64,000 nt of DNA, taken from positions 186,001 to 250,000 of the forward strand of contig OY253674.1 of assembly GCA_958009085.1 (NCBI GenBank), given 5' to 3'. This DNA is from Protoeuglena noctilucae (Eukaryota). Every line of letters begins with the position of its first letter. The first letter of the stretch is position 1. A program made the position numbers and the translations under genes. Below, piece after piece: positions 13,144 through 24,057 of this stretch. The notes beneath the pieces are model-generated. The model did no database searches. It was given only the letters and a program-made list of their open reading frames with translations, and was not told where the DNA came from.

Positions 13144-13801
13144 GGCAATTTCTGGCTGGCAGCGAGCGCTGGCGGCAGGAGGTCATCCCCATGGCCACAT
13201 CGGCTTACGCGCTTAAAGAAACCGGCGTTTCGCGCACTTACTTGCTCTTCGCTTGCAGTAGCTGCGCCTGCATCGCTGCCAAAGCGCTTCTGCGCCCCTG
13301 GTGCGCGTATGCTCGTGAAGCCACGCACGTGGGGCGCCATCTGCGGCATCGGCTCCGCTGCTGGCTTCGCTGGCGCGACATTCTTGCTCTTCGTCACGGT
13401 GACTTTTGATCAACGAGCAGCTGCTGGCGCTTGCGGCGGTCAGCATCGCTCCCGGACCTCCGTCAAGTGCCCCCTCCCCTGCAGCCGTTTGCGGAGGACT
13501 CCCCGCCCTGGGCGCTGCTCCTTCCAGCCAGACTAGTAGTGTTGACTGTCCCAGGTACATCGCCGTCCTCCGGCCGTCCCTTCCGCGCGTCTCCGCAAAC
13601 TGTGGGGACGTTCCAATTCCGCACCTCCCTCGCGCGACGCAGTGCTCGCGGGGACGCTCCTCTTCTCCGCCGTCCTCTTCTACGCCGGCCTAGTCCTCCT
13701 GTGCGCCGCGTTGGGACGGCCCCTGCGGAGTTTCACGGCCCCGGCCGTGGAAGCGGTACGCCAGCGTGTCGGTCACGACTAGCGCGTCCCAGGAGATCGC
13801 G

Positions 13802-16800
13802 ATGGCCTCCTCGAGCGCGAATCCCGAAGCGTCGGTGCCGGACCTTGCCGACTGGGGCCAGCAGTGCGACGAGGTGCTGGCCCTTGCCGCCATCTACGGG
13901 GACGCCTTCCGCATCGTCAATGGCACGGGCCTGCCCCCGCATCCGACGCCGGACGACCTCGATCGGTGAGCCCGTTCGCAACTGCATAGATCATGTCACT
14001 CGTCCATTTGCATCTCATCCATTTGCATCTCCTCCACTCGCTTCTATCTCCATGGCTCCTCACTGCGCCACCTCACCTACAGCAGCGCGACATCATACAT
14101 CGTCTTTTGCGCAGGGATGTGCCCGTCCCGGACCTGGAGGTGGCGATCGAGGTGCCCGTGGAGCTCCCCGGCCCCCGCGTGCGCCTGCAGCTCTTAGCCG
14201 CTGCGTCCGAGGGAGAGGTGGGCCCCAGCACAGCACGACCAGTGATTGGCAGAGTGCCATCGGCGGCCACGCCCCTGAGCCCCTCTTCGTCCGCCCCGCT
14301 AGTGCCGCTGCGGTTCTTGCCGCCCATCGAGGCTCGGGCGACGCTGGGTGCGGGGTACCCATCCACCCGCGCCCCGACAGCTCATGTGGCGGTGGAGTGG
14401 GGCAGCGAGGGCGCGGGCGAGCGGATGGAGGCTGCGCTGCGGGACGCGTGGGAGCGCGTGCGGGGCATGCCCGCGCTGCACGCGTGGGCGGAGTGGCTGA
14501 GGGAGAGCGCGCTCGAGGCGGCGGGGGTGGTGGACCTGGGCCCAGCCCCGCTGCTGCAGGTGAGGGGCGCGGGGGTGGTGTGGCAGGAATAGCAAGCTGC
14601 GGTTGCGATCGTGACAGTTTGCAACTGCGGTGGATGGTGATTGCTGATTTGTGAATGGTGATTGGATGGGCTGGGAGGGCTGTAAGCCGGTGGCAGGTGG
14701 AGTGCTTACTACTATGGATGGCACGCGTCACTGTATGGATTGCAAGCGTCGTTCCAGCCACTCCACAGGTGGTGCTGGGGGACGGGGAGGACGCGGACGA
14801 CGCGCTGCGCTATTTGATCGAATTCAGCGCGCGCAAGGAGCGACAGGCCTTCGAGGATCGCACCCACGAGTGCCAGCTTTGCGGGGAGGACAAGCCCGGC
14901 GCGCACTTCCTGCAGCTGCCCGAGTGCCGCCACGCCTACTGCCGGGCGTGCCTCACGTCGCTGTGCTCGGTACACGTCAAGTGAGGGCGCGATTCTGACG
15001 TGACACTTTGCGATTATGAGAAGCTAAGATTTGGGCAGTCTGCATAGAGCCTCACCTTCTAAGCCAACGGGGGAGGTGAGTGTTCATCCTACCCAGGTTA
15101 AGGTGCAGAGTGGCCCGCATCACGCATCCACACTTGTGCTAGACTTGTGACATGCATCCATGCCTCCAGGGAGGGCTCCCTGGCGATGCTGCGGTGCCCC
15201 GACCCCGAGTGCAAGCGCCCCCTGCCCCACTACGTGCTGAGGGACCTGCTGACCGACGAGGAATACCAGCGGTGGGACGAGCTGTCCCTGGCGAGTCGCG
15301 ATGCGCACATCACGATAAGCGCGTGGCACGTCTGCTGACTGACTATCCTTTTAGCAAGCGTGTTTGCACATTGTGCATGACACCTCGCACTTTTGCGCAT
15401 GGTACTACGCACCTCACACGCAGAATAGGCCCATTCCACCTGACATTCTGCATGCACTCCCACCCTGCAGCGCCATGCATGCACCTCCCCCCCAGCCCAG
15501 TCCCTTACCCCACCTCTCCCTCCGCCCCCCCAGTCGCGATCTCTGAGCGTAATGGGCCTTCAGTACTGCCCCAGGTGCAACACAGCTGCAGAACAAGAGC
15601 CGGGCCGCGAGAAGGGCGTGCCTCTGGCTCAATGTCCCAAATGCATGCTGGTCTTCTGTTGCCGGTGCCGATTGCCAGATCACGTGGGGGAGTCTTGTCC
15701 AGAGGCTATGTACAGAGCCGGGGCAGACGCGGAGGCACTCGAAGCGAGCATGCAGGGAGAGCTGGCCAAGTTGAAGCTGACGGCGGAGCAGGTGAGAGGG
15801 GTTACATGATCCCCCGGGCGGAGTTGCATCACCGATCCCTATCTCACGGACCCTAGAAAGGCCAGCTTGTGATGCAGCGCCGAACAATAGATGTTCTCAT
15901 GTTGAAAGTTCTACCCTCTGGTGCGTATGGGGCGTAACCCGCATAACCCGCATCACCCGTATCACCCGCATCGCCGCAGGAGCGGGAGCGCAGGCGTCTG
16001 GCGTCGGAGCGCCGTGCCGAGGCTGGTTTCCGCAAATACCTGAAAGAGACCGAGGTGCGCCACTTGCGGTGCCCGGTGTGCACGGCGGTTGTGTTCAAGT
16101 CGAGCGGATGCAACAAGATGATGTGCACCGCGTGGTGAGACCTGCTGACATGAGTGAGTGTGTCGAGCATGGCAGTATCGACTGAATGGCTCATCGTCAT
16201 TGCCTGGTAAGACCTTGCATCAAGCGCGTGTGATGTGGGGCGTGGCAGTGTCGGCGGCTTTGCCTGGCGAGACCTGTTAAGTGTTTCCAGGTCAGCCCAT
16301 GTCATAGCAGTGTCATCATTCAATGTTTCACTCAGTCTGCCTGACTCGTCCCCCTCCCCCCGCAGTTCCACTCCCTTCTGCTTCAATCACTGCCACATCA
16401 TTTACTCAGTCTACCTCACCCTCCCCATCCCTCGCAGTTCCACCCCCTTCTGCTTCCTTTGCGGCACTTGCATCTTACACAACCATATCACTCCTCCCCC
16501 CCGCAGTTCCACCCCCTTCTGCTTCCTCTGCGGCTCCCAGATCTCCGGGTACGACCACTTCAACGCCGAAGCACGAACCGGGTCCGCCCAATGCGCGGGC
16601 CGTCTCTTTGATCAAGAGGAAGTCAACGCATGGATGGCCGCACAGCAGTGGGTCCAGAACAACGCGCAGCGCAGGGCCCCTGCTGTGGTACGCGTGCCCG
16701 ACCGTGCCTACAGCAACTGTGTGAGGTGCGGGCAGCTGACGGAAAAGGTGGCGAACAACAACCACATGCGGTGTGCGGCGTGCAACAGTCAGTGGTGCTA

Positions 16801-16882
16801 TGTATGTCGGGCGGAGCTGAGGAGGAGGGGCACGCTGCACTTTGGGGAGCCGCCCAAGTGCCGACAGCACACGCCTGGGTGA
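13802..16882 (+). CDS. RWD-domain RBR (RING1-IBR-RING2) E3 ubiquitin ligase, RNF14/ARA54-like
   Basis: RWD start QCDEVLALAAIYG and LRFLPPI..GYPS. RING1 CQLC..CRHAYCRAC..CPDPEC. IBR CPRC..CPKCMLVFCCRC..H..C. RING2 CPVC..KSSGCNKMMCTAC/STPFCFLC. Additional C-terminal CVRC..NNNHMRCAACNSQWCYVC. Confidence 0.9.
16355..16533 (+). repeat. Triplicated acceptor and exon start (CGCAG TTCCACYCCCTTCTGCTTC) in the RBR gene
   Basis: Copies near 16361, 16433 and 16502. The third continues into the coding exon. Confidence 0.88.
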
Positions 16883-17211
16883 TGAGGGTTGTGTGTGGAT
16901 AGATAGCCACCTGGTTAGTATGGGTAGCTGGGGGGGTGTTGCGAGTGCCGTTGGCACACGCCGGAGTGACGTGGGTATCGGTGGGCTTGGGTTGAATCGC
17001 CAGGGATACTGGGCAAGTAGAGCAGATGGTGGGGTGTCAGGAGTGTCGTAGCAGACGCCTAGGTGACAAGTGCCGCTTTCATCAGTTCATAGTACCTCTC
17101 GTGTCGCCTATGGGTTTAATCCCGACCGTCAAGCACTAGCAAGCAAAGTGTCACACAAGTGATGTTGTCACATTCGACACACACACAGCTATGTCCGCAC
17201 ACGCCCCTCAG

Positions 17212-19080
17212 TCACTCCTCCTTTCCCCTCGGCAACCCCCCAGCCCCCCTAGCCCCGCCCTTCGCATCAATCTTGCCGCTCTCAGCGACCACCTTCGCCA
17301 CCGCCTTCTCATAGACCACCGCGAGCCGATAGACGTAATATGTCGATCCGTTCCACACACTCACGGATATCATGGTCAGGAGGAAGGCGGTGTGGAGCCA
17401 AAAACTGCGCCAGACCAGCAGCGGCCAGGCAAAGAGGGCCAGGCCGATGAGGGCGTGAAAGAGCATGAAGACGAACGCCTGGCCGGAGAGGGACTTGACG
17501 CCGAAGTTGCGCTCGATGCGCTGTGTATGGGGGAATGGAGGGGCAATGTCCAATCTACACCGAAGTTGATCGCATTGCGCTGCGGGGTGGTGGGGTGGCG
17601 GGCGATGTTCTGCGTCGCCCCTCACCCTGTGCATCTGCTGAGATTGCACCTGCTGCCCACCACCATCGCCCCTCACCTTGTGCATCTGCTGCTTGGCGCA
17701 GAAGTCCCCAAACACCGTGCGCCACCCCTTGGCCGGCATGTGGATGCCCCAGGTGCAGAGCCACACCACGTAAGGCACCCACCACGCGACGTACACAGCG
17801 AGGGTGGGCAGGTAGGCGTTGGCGAGACCCAGGGGCTCGGAGTGGGGCGTGGGAAGCGCGAACAGCCCCGGCCATGCCGCGGCGTATCGGTCCGGGAACC
17901 AACGTATGGTCCAGCTCATGAGGGCCGCGCTGGAGTGGATGAAGAGCGCGCCCTGCATGCGGTGCGATGCGACGGTGTTGAGTGGATGGGTGGATGAAGA
18001 GCGCGCCCTGCCGTGCAGTGCGATGCGGGAACGAAGTGATAGACTTGGTGAAAGATGAGAGATGCTGGCAGCGGTGGTAGGCACCGTCATTGCCCAGACA
18101 CCTGTATAATCGGTAAGCGTTTCTCACCAGATGGTCGATGGAGTGGAAGATGAGGGCGTTGGAGGTGAGGGCGATGGACCAGGCAAGGGGCCCATTGGCA
18201 ATGACGAACATCACCCGCAGCAGCGCGGGGCTGTGGGTCACAGCACGAACGGCGCTCCATGACGTGGCCGATCCCACCAGTGCGGCGAGGCCGAAGGCGA
18301 TGTAGAGCTTGTTCATCACCCAGCAATACTCGAGCCAGTACAAGAGGTGCTTGGATCGATACTTGCGAACCGCGAGGATGCCGGTGAGCACGGCTGTCTT
18401 GACGACCTGCGTGGAAGACGCAAGGGGCACTCGTGATGTGGTATATTACCATTATTATGTGATGTAATATAGGTGATGTCATGATGAGCGGTGAGCGAGG
18501 CTGTCGTGTGTGACACAGAATGAAGTGGAGTGGGTGACACGACGCTCGGTCTTAATGGGCCTCAGCAGCGGCACGGGACAGGACAGTCCTATCTCCCTGG
18601 CTGCGCTGCACGCGGTCATTGCACCGTGTCACCCAAGGGTCACCTGCCACACCCAGAAGTACTTGGGACAAGCGCCCAACAGGAACGCAGTGAGCGCCAC
18701 ATTCATCGTACCTAAGAAGAACGCCACGTTCCTGAGTGCAAGGACGTCACGATAAGGCTCGCGGGTGCAGCAGAGGCGCAGCAGAGGCGCGACGTCGACG
18801 TTTTCGGCTGGTGGTGTCACCCGAGCCCCTCGGCAAGCAGCCGCTCCTTCTGTAATCGGATCACTTTAAGCGCCTTCGCCACTCCGTCCGCCTCCTGCAG
18901 AAGGAGACGGCTTGGGCGCTCAGCGCGATAATAGGCGAAACTCTCAGAAAACGCATTGGAAACGCAGCCGCTCACCGAGGAGGAAAACGTCGTCCCTGTG
19001 CCGCGATGGGCTCCATCAGGACCCCCTTTTGGCGACAGGAGGTACCCGCTGATTCCCGTGTCCGCGTCTTCGCTTTCCAT
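17212..19080 (-). CDS. GPC1: Glycerophosphocholine acyltransferase (GPC1/GPCAT, DUF2838) family membrane protein
   Basis: Motifs VAFFLGTMNV..FLLGACP, KHLLYWLEYCWVMN, FVIANGPLAWSI..NALIFHSIDHL/GALFIH, YVAWWVPY and SVWNGSTYY match my recollection of this family. Multiple hydrophobic segments. Confidence 0.78.
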
Positions 19081-19376
19081 CGCGCACGAGGCCGCTCGAG
19101 GCCGGCGAGACTGTTAGAAGGGGATTGCCTGCGCAGCAGCGCTGGATTCAAGGCAAGGCCTGGCAGGGGAGTTCGTTGGTCGATATTGCGCGTGTCACGA
19201 GTCTCGATGGGCAAGTGTTTGCTGTGAAAGCCGCGAGACTGGCTGTTGCAAGTCGTATCAGAAACACCAGCTGCGTCTGGGCCAGATACGCGAGACAGCT
19301 GGCGTCGGGATCATCGGCCGCTCCCACGCCGCTACTTCGAGGGTGACGCGTGTTCCGGGGCTGCATAACGTCTGGA

Positions 19377-20360
19377 ATGGCGGGCATCGCAGAGGGGCAG
19401 GAGGTGCAGCCGCAGGACCTGCCCCGCCTGCGCTCTGCCGAGGGGCTCGTGACGCTGGTGGGCTTCGGTTCGCTCCTTAGCGAGCGCAGCGCGCGGACGA
19501 CGTTCCCGGACTTATCGAACTTAAGGCTAGGGCGCCTCGTGGGCTGGCGGCGCGTGTTTGCGCACGTGGCGCCCATCTTCTTCGAGCGCGGCATCGCGAA
19601 CGTGGAGACCCGCGAGATGTCCAGCCTCAGCGTGGAGCCTTGCCCGGGCGCGCGATGCGTCGTGTCCCTGTTCGAGGCGCCCATGTCCGACGAGCAGCTG
19701 GCCGCCTACGTTGAGAGGGAGCACGAATTCCGATTCGTGGCCGTGCGACCCACCGGCCTGGATGGCAGCCAAGTGAGACTTTGCAACGACTCTCAGCCCG
19801 CTGCATATAGCACCCCGCTAGCCACAAGTTGTAATGACACTGGCTTCTGCACCCCAACAACTCCTAACTCGTTGCGCATGGCACCCCGCTAGCTGCTGGT
19901 CGTAATGCTCCTGGCTCGTCCAATCGCAGGGCGAGGGCCTCGCCGTCGTCTGCGCCCGATACTCCGATGAGGAGTACCGCGCCAAGCGGTGCCCGCCGGA
20001 GGAATTTGAGCGGCGCTACGGCCGCTTCGGCATCGACCGCGTGTGGAGGGACGACGTGCTGCCCTGCCAGGTGATCTGGGGTGATGGGGCAACCCGTCTG
20101 CTGCTCCACGCCGGCGCTGTGCTTGCCGGATGGTCAAACGGCCGTCCTCGACCCCATGCCGTGTCGCCCGCCAAGCGCAGGTCTATTGCAGGCACTGCGT
20201 CCTGGCGGCCCAGCGCATGGGCGGCGAGGCCTTGGAGAGCTTCCTGGACGACACCTATCTGGCAGACCGCAAGACCACCTTGCGTGAGTATCTGGCAAGC
20301 CACCCCCACGTCATGGCGTCCGAGCCGCCGCCCTCCCTCGCGGAGCGCTACTCGGGATGA
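19377..20360 (+). CDS. Conserved hypothetical protein with gamma-glutamylcyclotransferase-like N-terminal motif (3 exons)
   Basis: VGFGSLLSERSARTTFPDL..GWRRVFAH..EREHEFRF and C-terminal VYCRHCVLAA..FLDDTYLADRKTTLREYL. In-frame GT-AG junctions. Confidence 0.65.
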
Positions 20361-20424
20361 GCTGATTCGTAACATCCATTGAACGGACAGCGGACAAGAA
20401 CACGAGGGGAAAGCTATTGCATAT

Positions 20425-20974
20425 TTAGCCTTCCAGCTCTTCCTCCAAATCCCCCTCCCCTTCTTCAGGGACCTCGACTTCGTATCCCTCGTCCATGTCC
20501 TCCTCCTCCCCCGCAAATTCCTGTTCATTTGCGACCGCCAATGCGTATACTCCCGGCAGCATCCTCCCCACGTGCAGCCACTGCGGGTGCGGGGGCTCGT
20601 TCGCTCGCGCCAGCCCGCACGTCGCGGTCGGTAGCCCACAGCGACCGCCCGCGCGACTCGCCTTGGCTGCCCAGCTCTTTTTGGGATCGATGACGGCAAC
20701 CATCCCCGAAAACTGGGCCGTCACGTGGTCCGGGCTCTCATTCCCCTCCCACGCGCAGTTGTCGCACCCCTCGTCCTCAAACTGCGCGGAGGAAGCCGGC
20801 TGAGTCACCGCCAGCCGCGGATTGCGATCTCAGAGATACCAACCTGTCGCAGGAATGCAGACGGCCCCCAGCGCGCACCTGCTGCGCCGTCTTGACGAGC
20901 TTGCACTGCTTGCAGCAGCGCAGGTCCTTGTGTGCGTCGTCAGGAAGCGTGGCGTGCGCTTCAATAGCCGACAT
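20425..20974 (-). CDS. SPT4: Transcription elongation factor SPT4 (3 exons)
   Basis: LRCCKQCKLVKTAQQ/FEDEGCDNC..TAQFSGMVAVIDPKKSWAAK/WLHV..PGVYALAV is the SPT4 zinc-ribbon signature, followed by an acidic tail. Confidence 0.92.
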
Positions 20975-21392
20975 TGAACGTCTTCCGCGCCCCAGTCAGC
21001 ATCCAGCGGCAAATGCGAGCCCCAAATGGGCGCTGATCCTGCCCGTGGCGCAGACGAGTCGGCAAGTCGCGTCGCGAGGCTCGGGAGACTGAGTGTGCGC
21101 AACTAGGTGTGGCGGAGGGCGACATCTGCCCAAGCATCAACCGTGCAGGCGACTTCAACGGCGCCATCACTCCGCGCCAGTGACTGGCACGCCACGAAGG
21201 CCACTGAAGCCAGCATCCTTTGGTCCCAAGACACAACACATCCAAAAAGTCCACATAGCGCGCTGCAGGAGCTAGGATTTGCGCTAGTTCGAAGCCTGGG
21301 CTGCCTCAATCCAAGCGCGAGTCCCTTGGCCACAATTCAATCCCTTTTTGCATCCACCACCTCCCTGGACCTGTAGAATCGATAAATCAAAC

Positions 21393-22011
21393 ATGTCCCG
21401 GGTCGCGGAGACGACTGGCCGCACCTCGGCGTCAGTCCCGCTCGCACCCAGTGCTGGCCTCCCTGCAGCCAAAGCCGAACCAGCGCCGCCCGCCGGCTCC
21501 CTGTGCGCAACGGGCACCTCCAAGCAAGCAAAGCGCAGGGCAGGGCGTGCCAAGGGCGCCCCGACCGCCAGCGAGGTGGGCATGCATGCCGCAGGGCATT
21601 CCGCGCACTGTCGCCCCCGAAACAGAGCAACCGTGCGAGCCTGGGCGCACAGGAAGAAGCGGCGGACAACAAGGTGAAGGATGCCGTCCGCGTCGTCTCG
21701 GAGTCCCTCGCCCGGATGATCATCCGGAGCCGCTCGGACGAAGTGCTGCAGCGCACCTTCGCCCTCTGCAGGTCGGGCCGCCGACACGCCCATAATGCCA
21801 CCGTCCTGGCGCAGCCTCTCCGCGAGCGCACGCAGCGACTGCGCTACCCATCGCCCGTCCGCGCAGGAGCCAGGGTGGCTCGGACGTGCTCATGTGCCTC
21901 CTCAGCCCGCGCGCGGGCCACTCGGCCAAAGTCGAGGCCCTGGCCAGCCAATTCCAGCGTCTCTTGCTCCCGAAGACGGACCCAAAGCGGGGCGCCGGGC
22001 TCAGTGCCTGA
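21393..22011 (+). CDS. Small hypothetical spliced protein
   Basis: Coding-like segments EEAADNKVKDAVRVVSESLARMIIRSRSDEVLQRTFALCR/SQGGSDVLMCLL..GLSA* are joined by a GT-AG intron at 21772-21866. The first exon and start are tentative and no motif is recognised. Confidence 0.35.
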
Positions 22012-23552
22012 GGAAGGCCGGCAGCGGCTGCCCGACCTTGAACCGCACGAGGAAGGACTCGACGGTCTCCACCACCTTGCCCGGCTGGTCCTCTTGAATG
22101 CAGTGCCCTGCGGAGAGCGGCTCGCAGTGTGTTTACCCGACTGCTCTGCTGCGCGGTCGCACCAGTGGTTGCCGTCCATCGCCTCGCCTGACTCGGCCAC
22201 CATGACCAGTTGAAATTTGCCCTGCATTTGCCCTATCGTCATGGCCTTGTCGAGACGGTCGGTGCCCGCGATCATGAGGACCTGCAGACGCAACGCGGCG
22301 GCCGTCGCCCTGCTCAGCCGTGGCTGCCGTTGTCGCTCGGTGGCTGTCCGTAGTCACCTTGGGGCACGGGGCATGCAGGAAGAGGTCGCTCATGCCCTGG
22401 TACCATCCCTGCCAATGAGCCTCTGACGCCGCGAGATGCGTCTTCCACGCGACTCGGCCGTCGGGGCAGACGCGGAGCATGTCTGGCACGGACACACAAG
22501 CAGCCTGGGGGCAAACAATGTCCCATTGGGACGGTTGAGGGTCGCCTGGGCTGGCCTCCACCCTCCTCGCGCCAGCCAGACCCTCCGCTTGCTGCCTTGC
22601 ACCCTCACCTCGGGATTGCGGGTCATCCTGGAGTCTAGGCTCCAATGGATGGCGGCCTGTACCGACGCAAAGGACGACGGCCGCTCTGCGAGGACCTGGT
22701 GCATGTGCACGAGGCTCGCGAGGGCAGATCCTTCCACAACGTCAAGAACAAAGAGTCCCGCGAGGTTCGAGACGCTTTTGGAGGCCGCGGCGTGGACGGC
22801 GACGCTCCCGCCGAGGGAATGCCCCACGAGCACGATCGACGCGGCCGGCTGCTCAGCGGCGCAGATGGCCTGCGCGGGGAGGGGCGCAAACCGATGCGCG
22901 TGAGTTATGACAAGCGAGCGGTGACGGCCCGTGTCGCGCGATCGACAGCGTCGCGCACCTTGGCCACGGCCACGGCATCTTCGGCAAGAGTGGTGGCCGA
23001 GAGGTCCGCGTCGTCCTCCGTCACCGTGGCGCCGTGGCCTCGCATATCGAATGCGACAACCCGACATTTCGGCTTCAGCGCCGCGGCCACCAGGGACCAC
23101 GTGAGGGCCGTGTATCCTCCCCCGTGCACGCACAGCACCGTGGGCCCCCCCGAGGCAGCCCCGCACTCATACACGCGAAAGGTCGCGGACCTGCGTTGAT
23201 CAAAAAGGCGCGCAGAGATTCTAGGGCAACCGAATGCCTTATCGCGCGGCGGGAGCCCCGCTAAGACGCGCCGCACCTTTCGGGGATCGCGACGTCGCGC
23301 TGACAGTCCCAGTACCGTTCCCAGGTCGCGATGGCCAGAGATCCTGGTGATACCGTCAGCGGAGCCTTGCTATGATGCAGCGTGAGGTTCCCGGGCCTGC
23401 AGGGAGCGAGAGCAACGTTGCGAGCAGTCACTGCTCGTGCTCGCGCCGTCCTGGCCGATCTGGGAGGTTTCCTACCACGCGTGGCGAACTCACTTCTTCC
23501 CAGGAATCGGGGGCAGATCGCCGAGTCCGTCAGGCTCGTCCCCCGGCACCAT
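22001..23552 (-). CDS. PPME1: Protein phosphatase methylesterase 1 (PME-1, alpha/beta hydrolase)
   Basis: CVHGGGYTALTW, AFDMRGHG, GHSLGG nucleophile elbow, LDVVEGSA, WQGWYQGMSDLFL, AGTDRLDKAMTIGQMQGKFQL, GHCIQEDQP. Confidence 0.92.
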
Positions 23553-24057
23553 TCGTCCAAACCCTGGGCGCGCCGCTCATCCACGTAGAGGGGAAGAGGA
23601 GAGCGGCCCCGCCCCTATCCCAGACCGATTACGTGGGATGGAGTTTGAGTTTGTGCCAAAATCACATTGCCACGACGCACATAGCCGGAACCGAGCGAAC
23701 CCTGATGGTCATACCCAAGCGGTCCTGGAACAAGCGGATGCGCCTGCGCGCTCTTCGCCCCAGCACCTTGAATGGGGCATTGGTTGTCAATCAAAAACCG
23801 CGTTTCGAGGTCCGTGGCATCTTGGGAGTTTTCGTGCTGGGAGGGTCGATGGCGGGTAAGTCGCGGTCTATAACGCAATATTACGAAGTTTGTGTTTGCT
23901 CGTGAATTACTGAACAATCTCTTGCCCGCTATTAGGGTCTGGGACACTTTCACGTGAAGTTTGAGGGCTTGCGCGTTTGGGGCGGAGTTAGCCGCCCTTG
24001 AGGGCCTCACAACCTGCATTTCGCGCAGGAGACGCCGTTCAGATATCAGCGTCTTCG

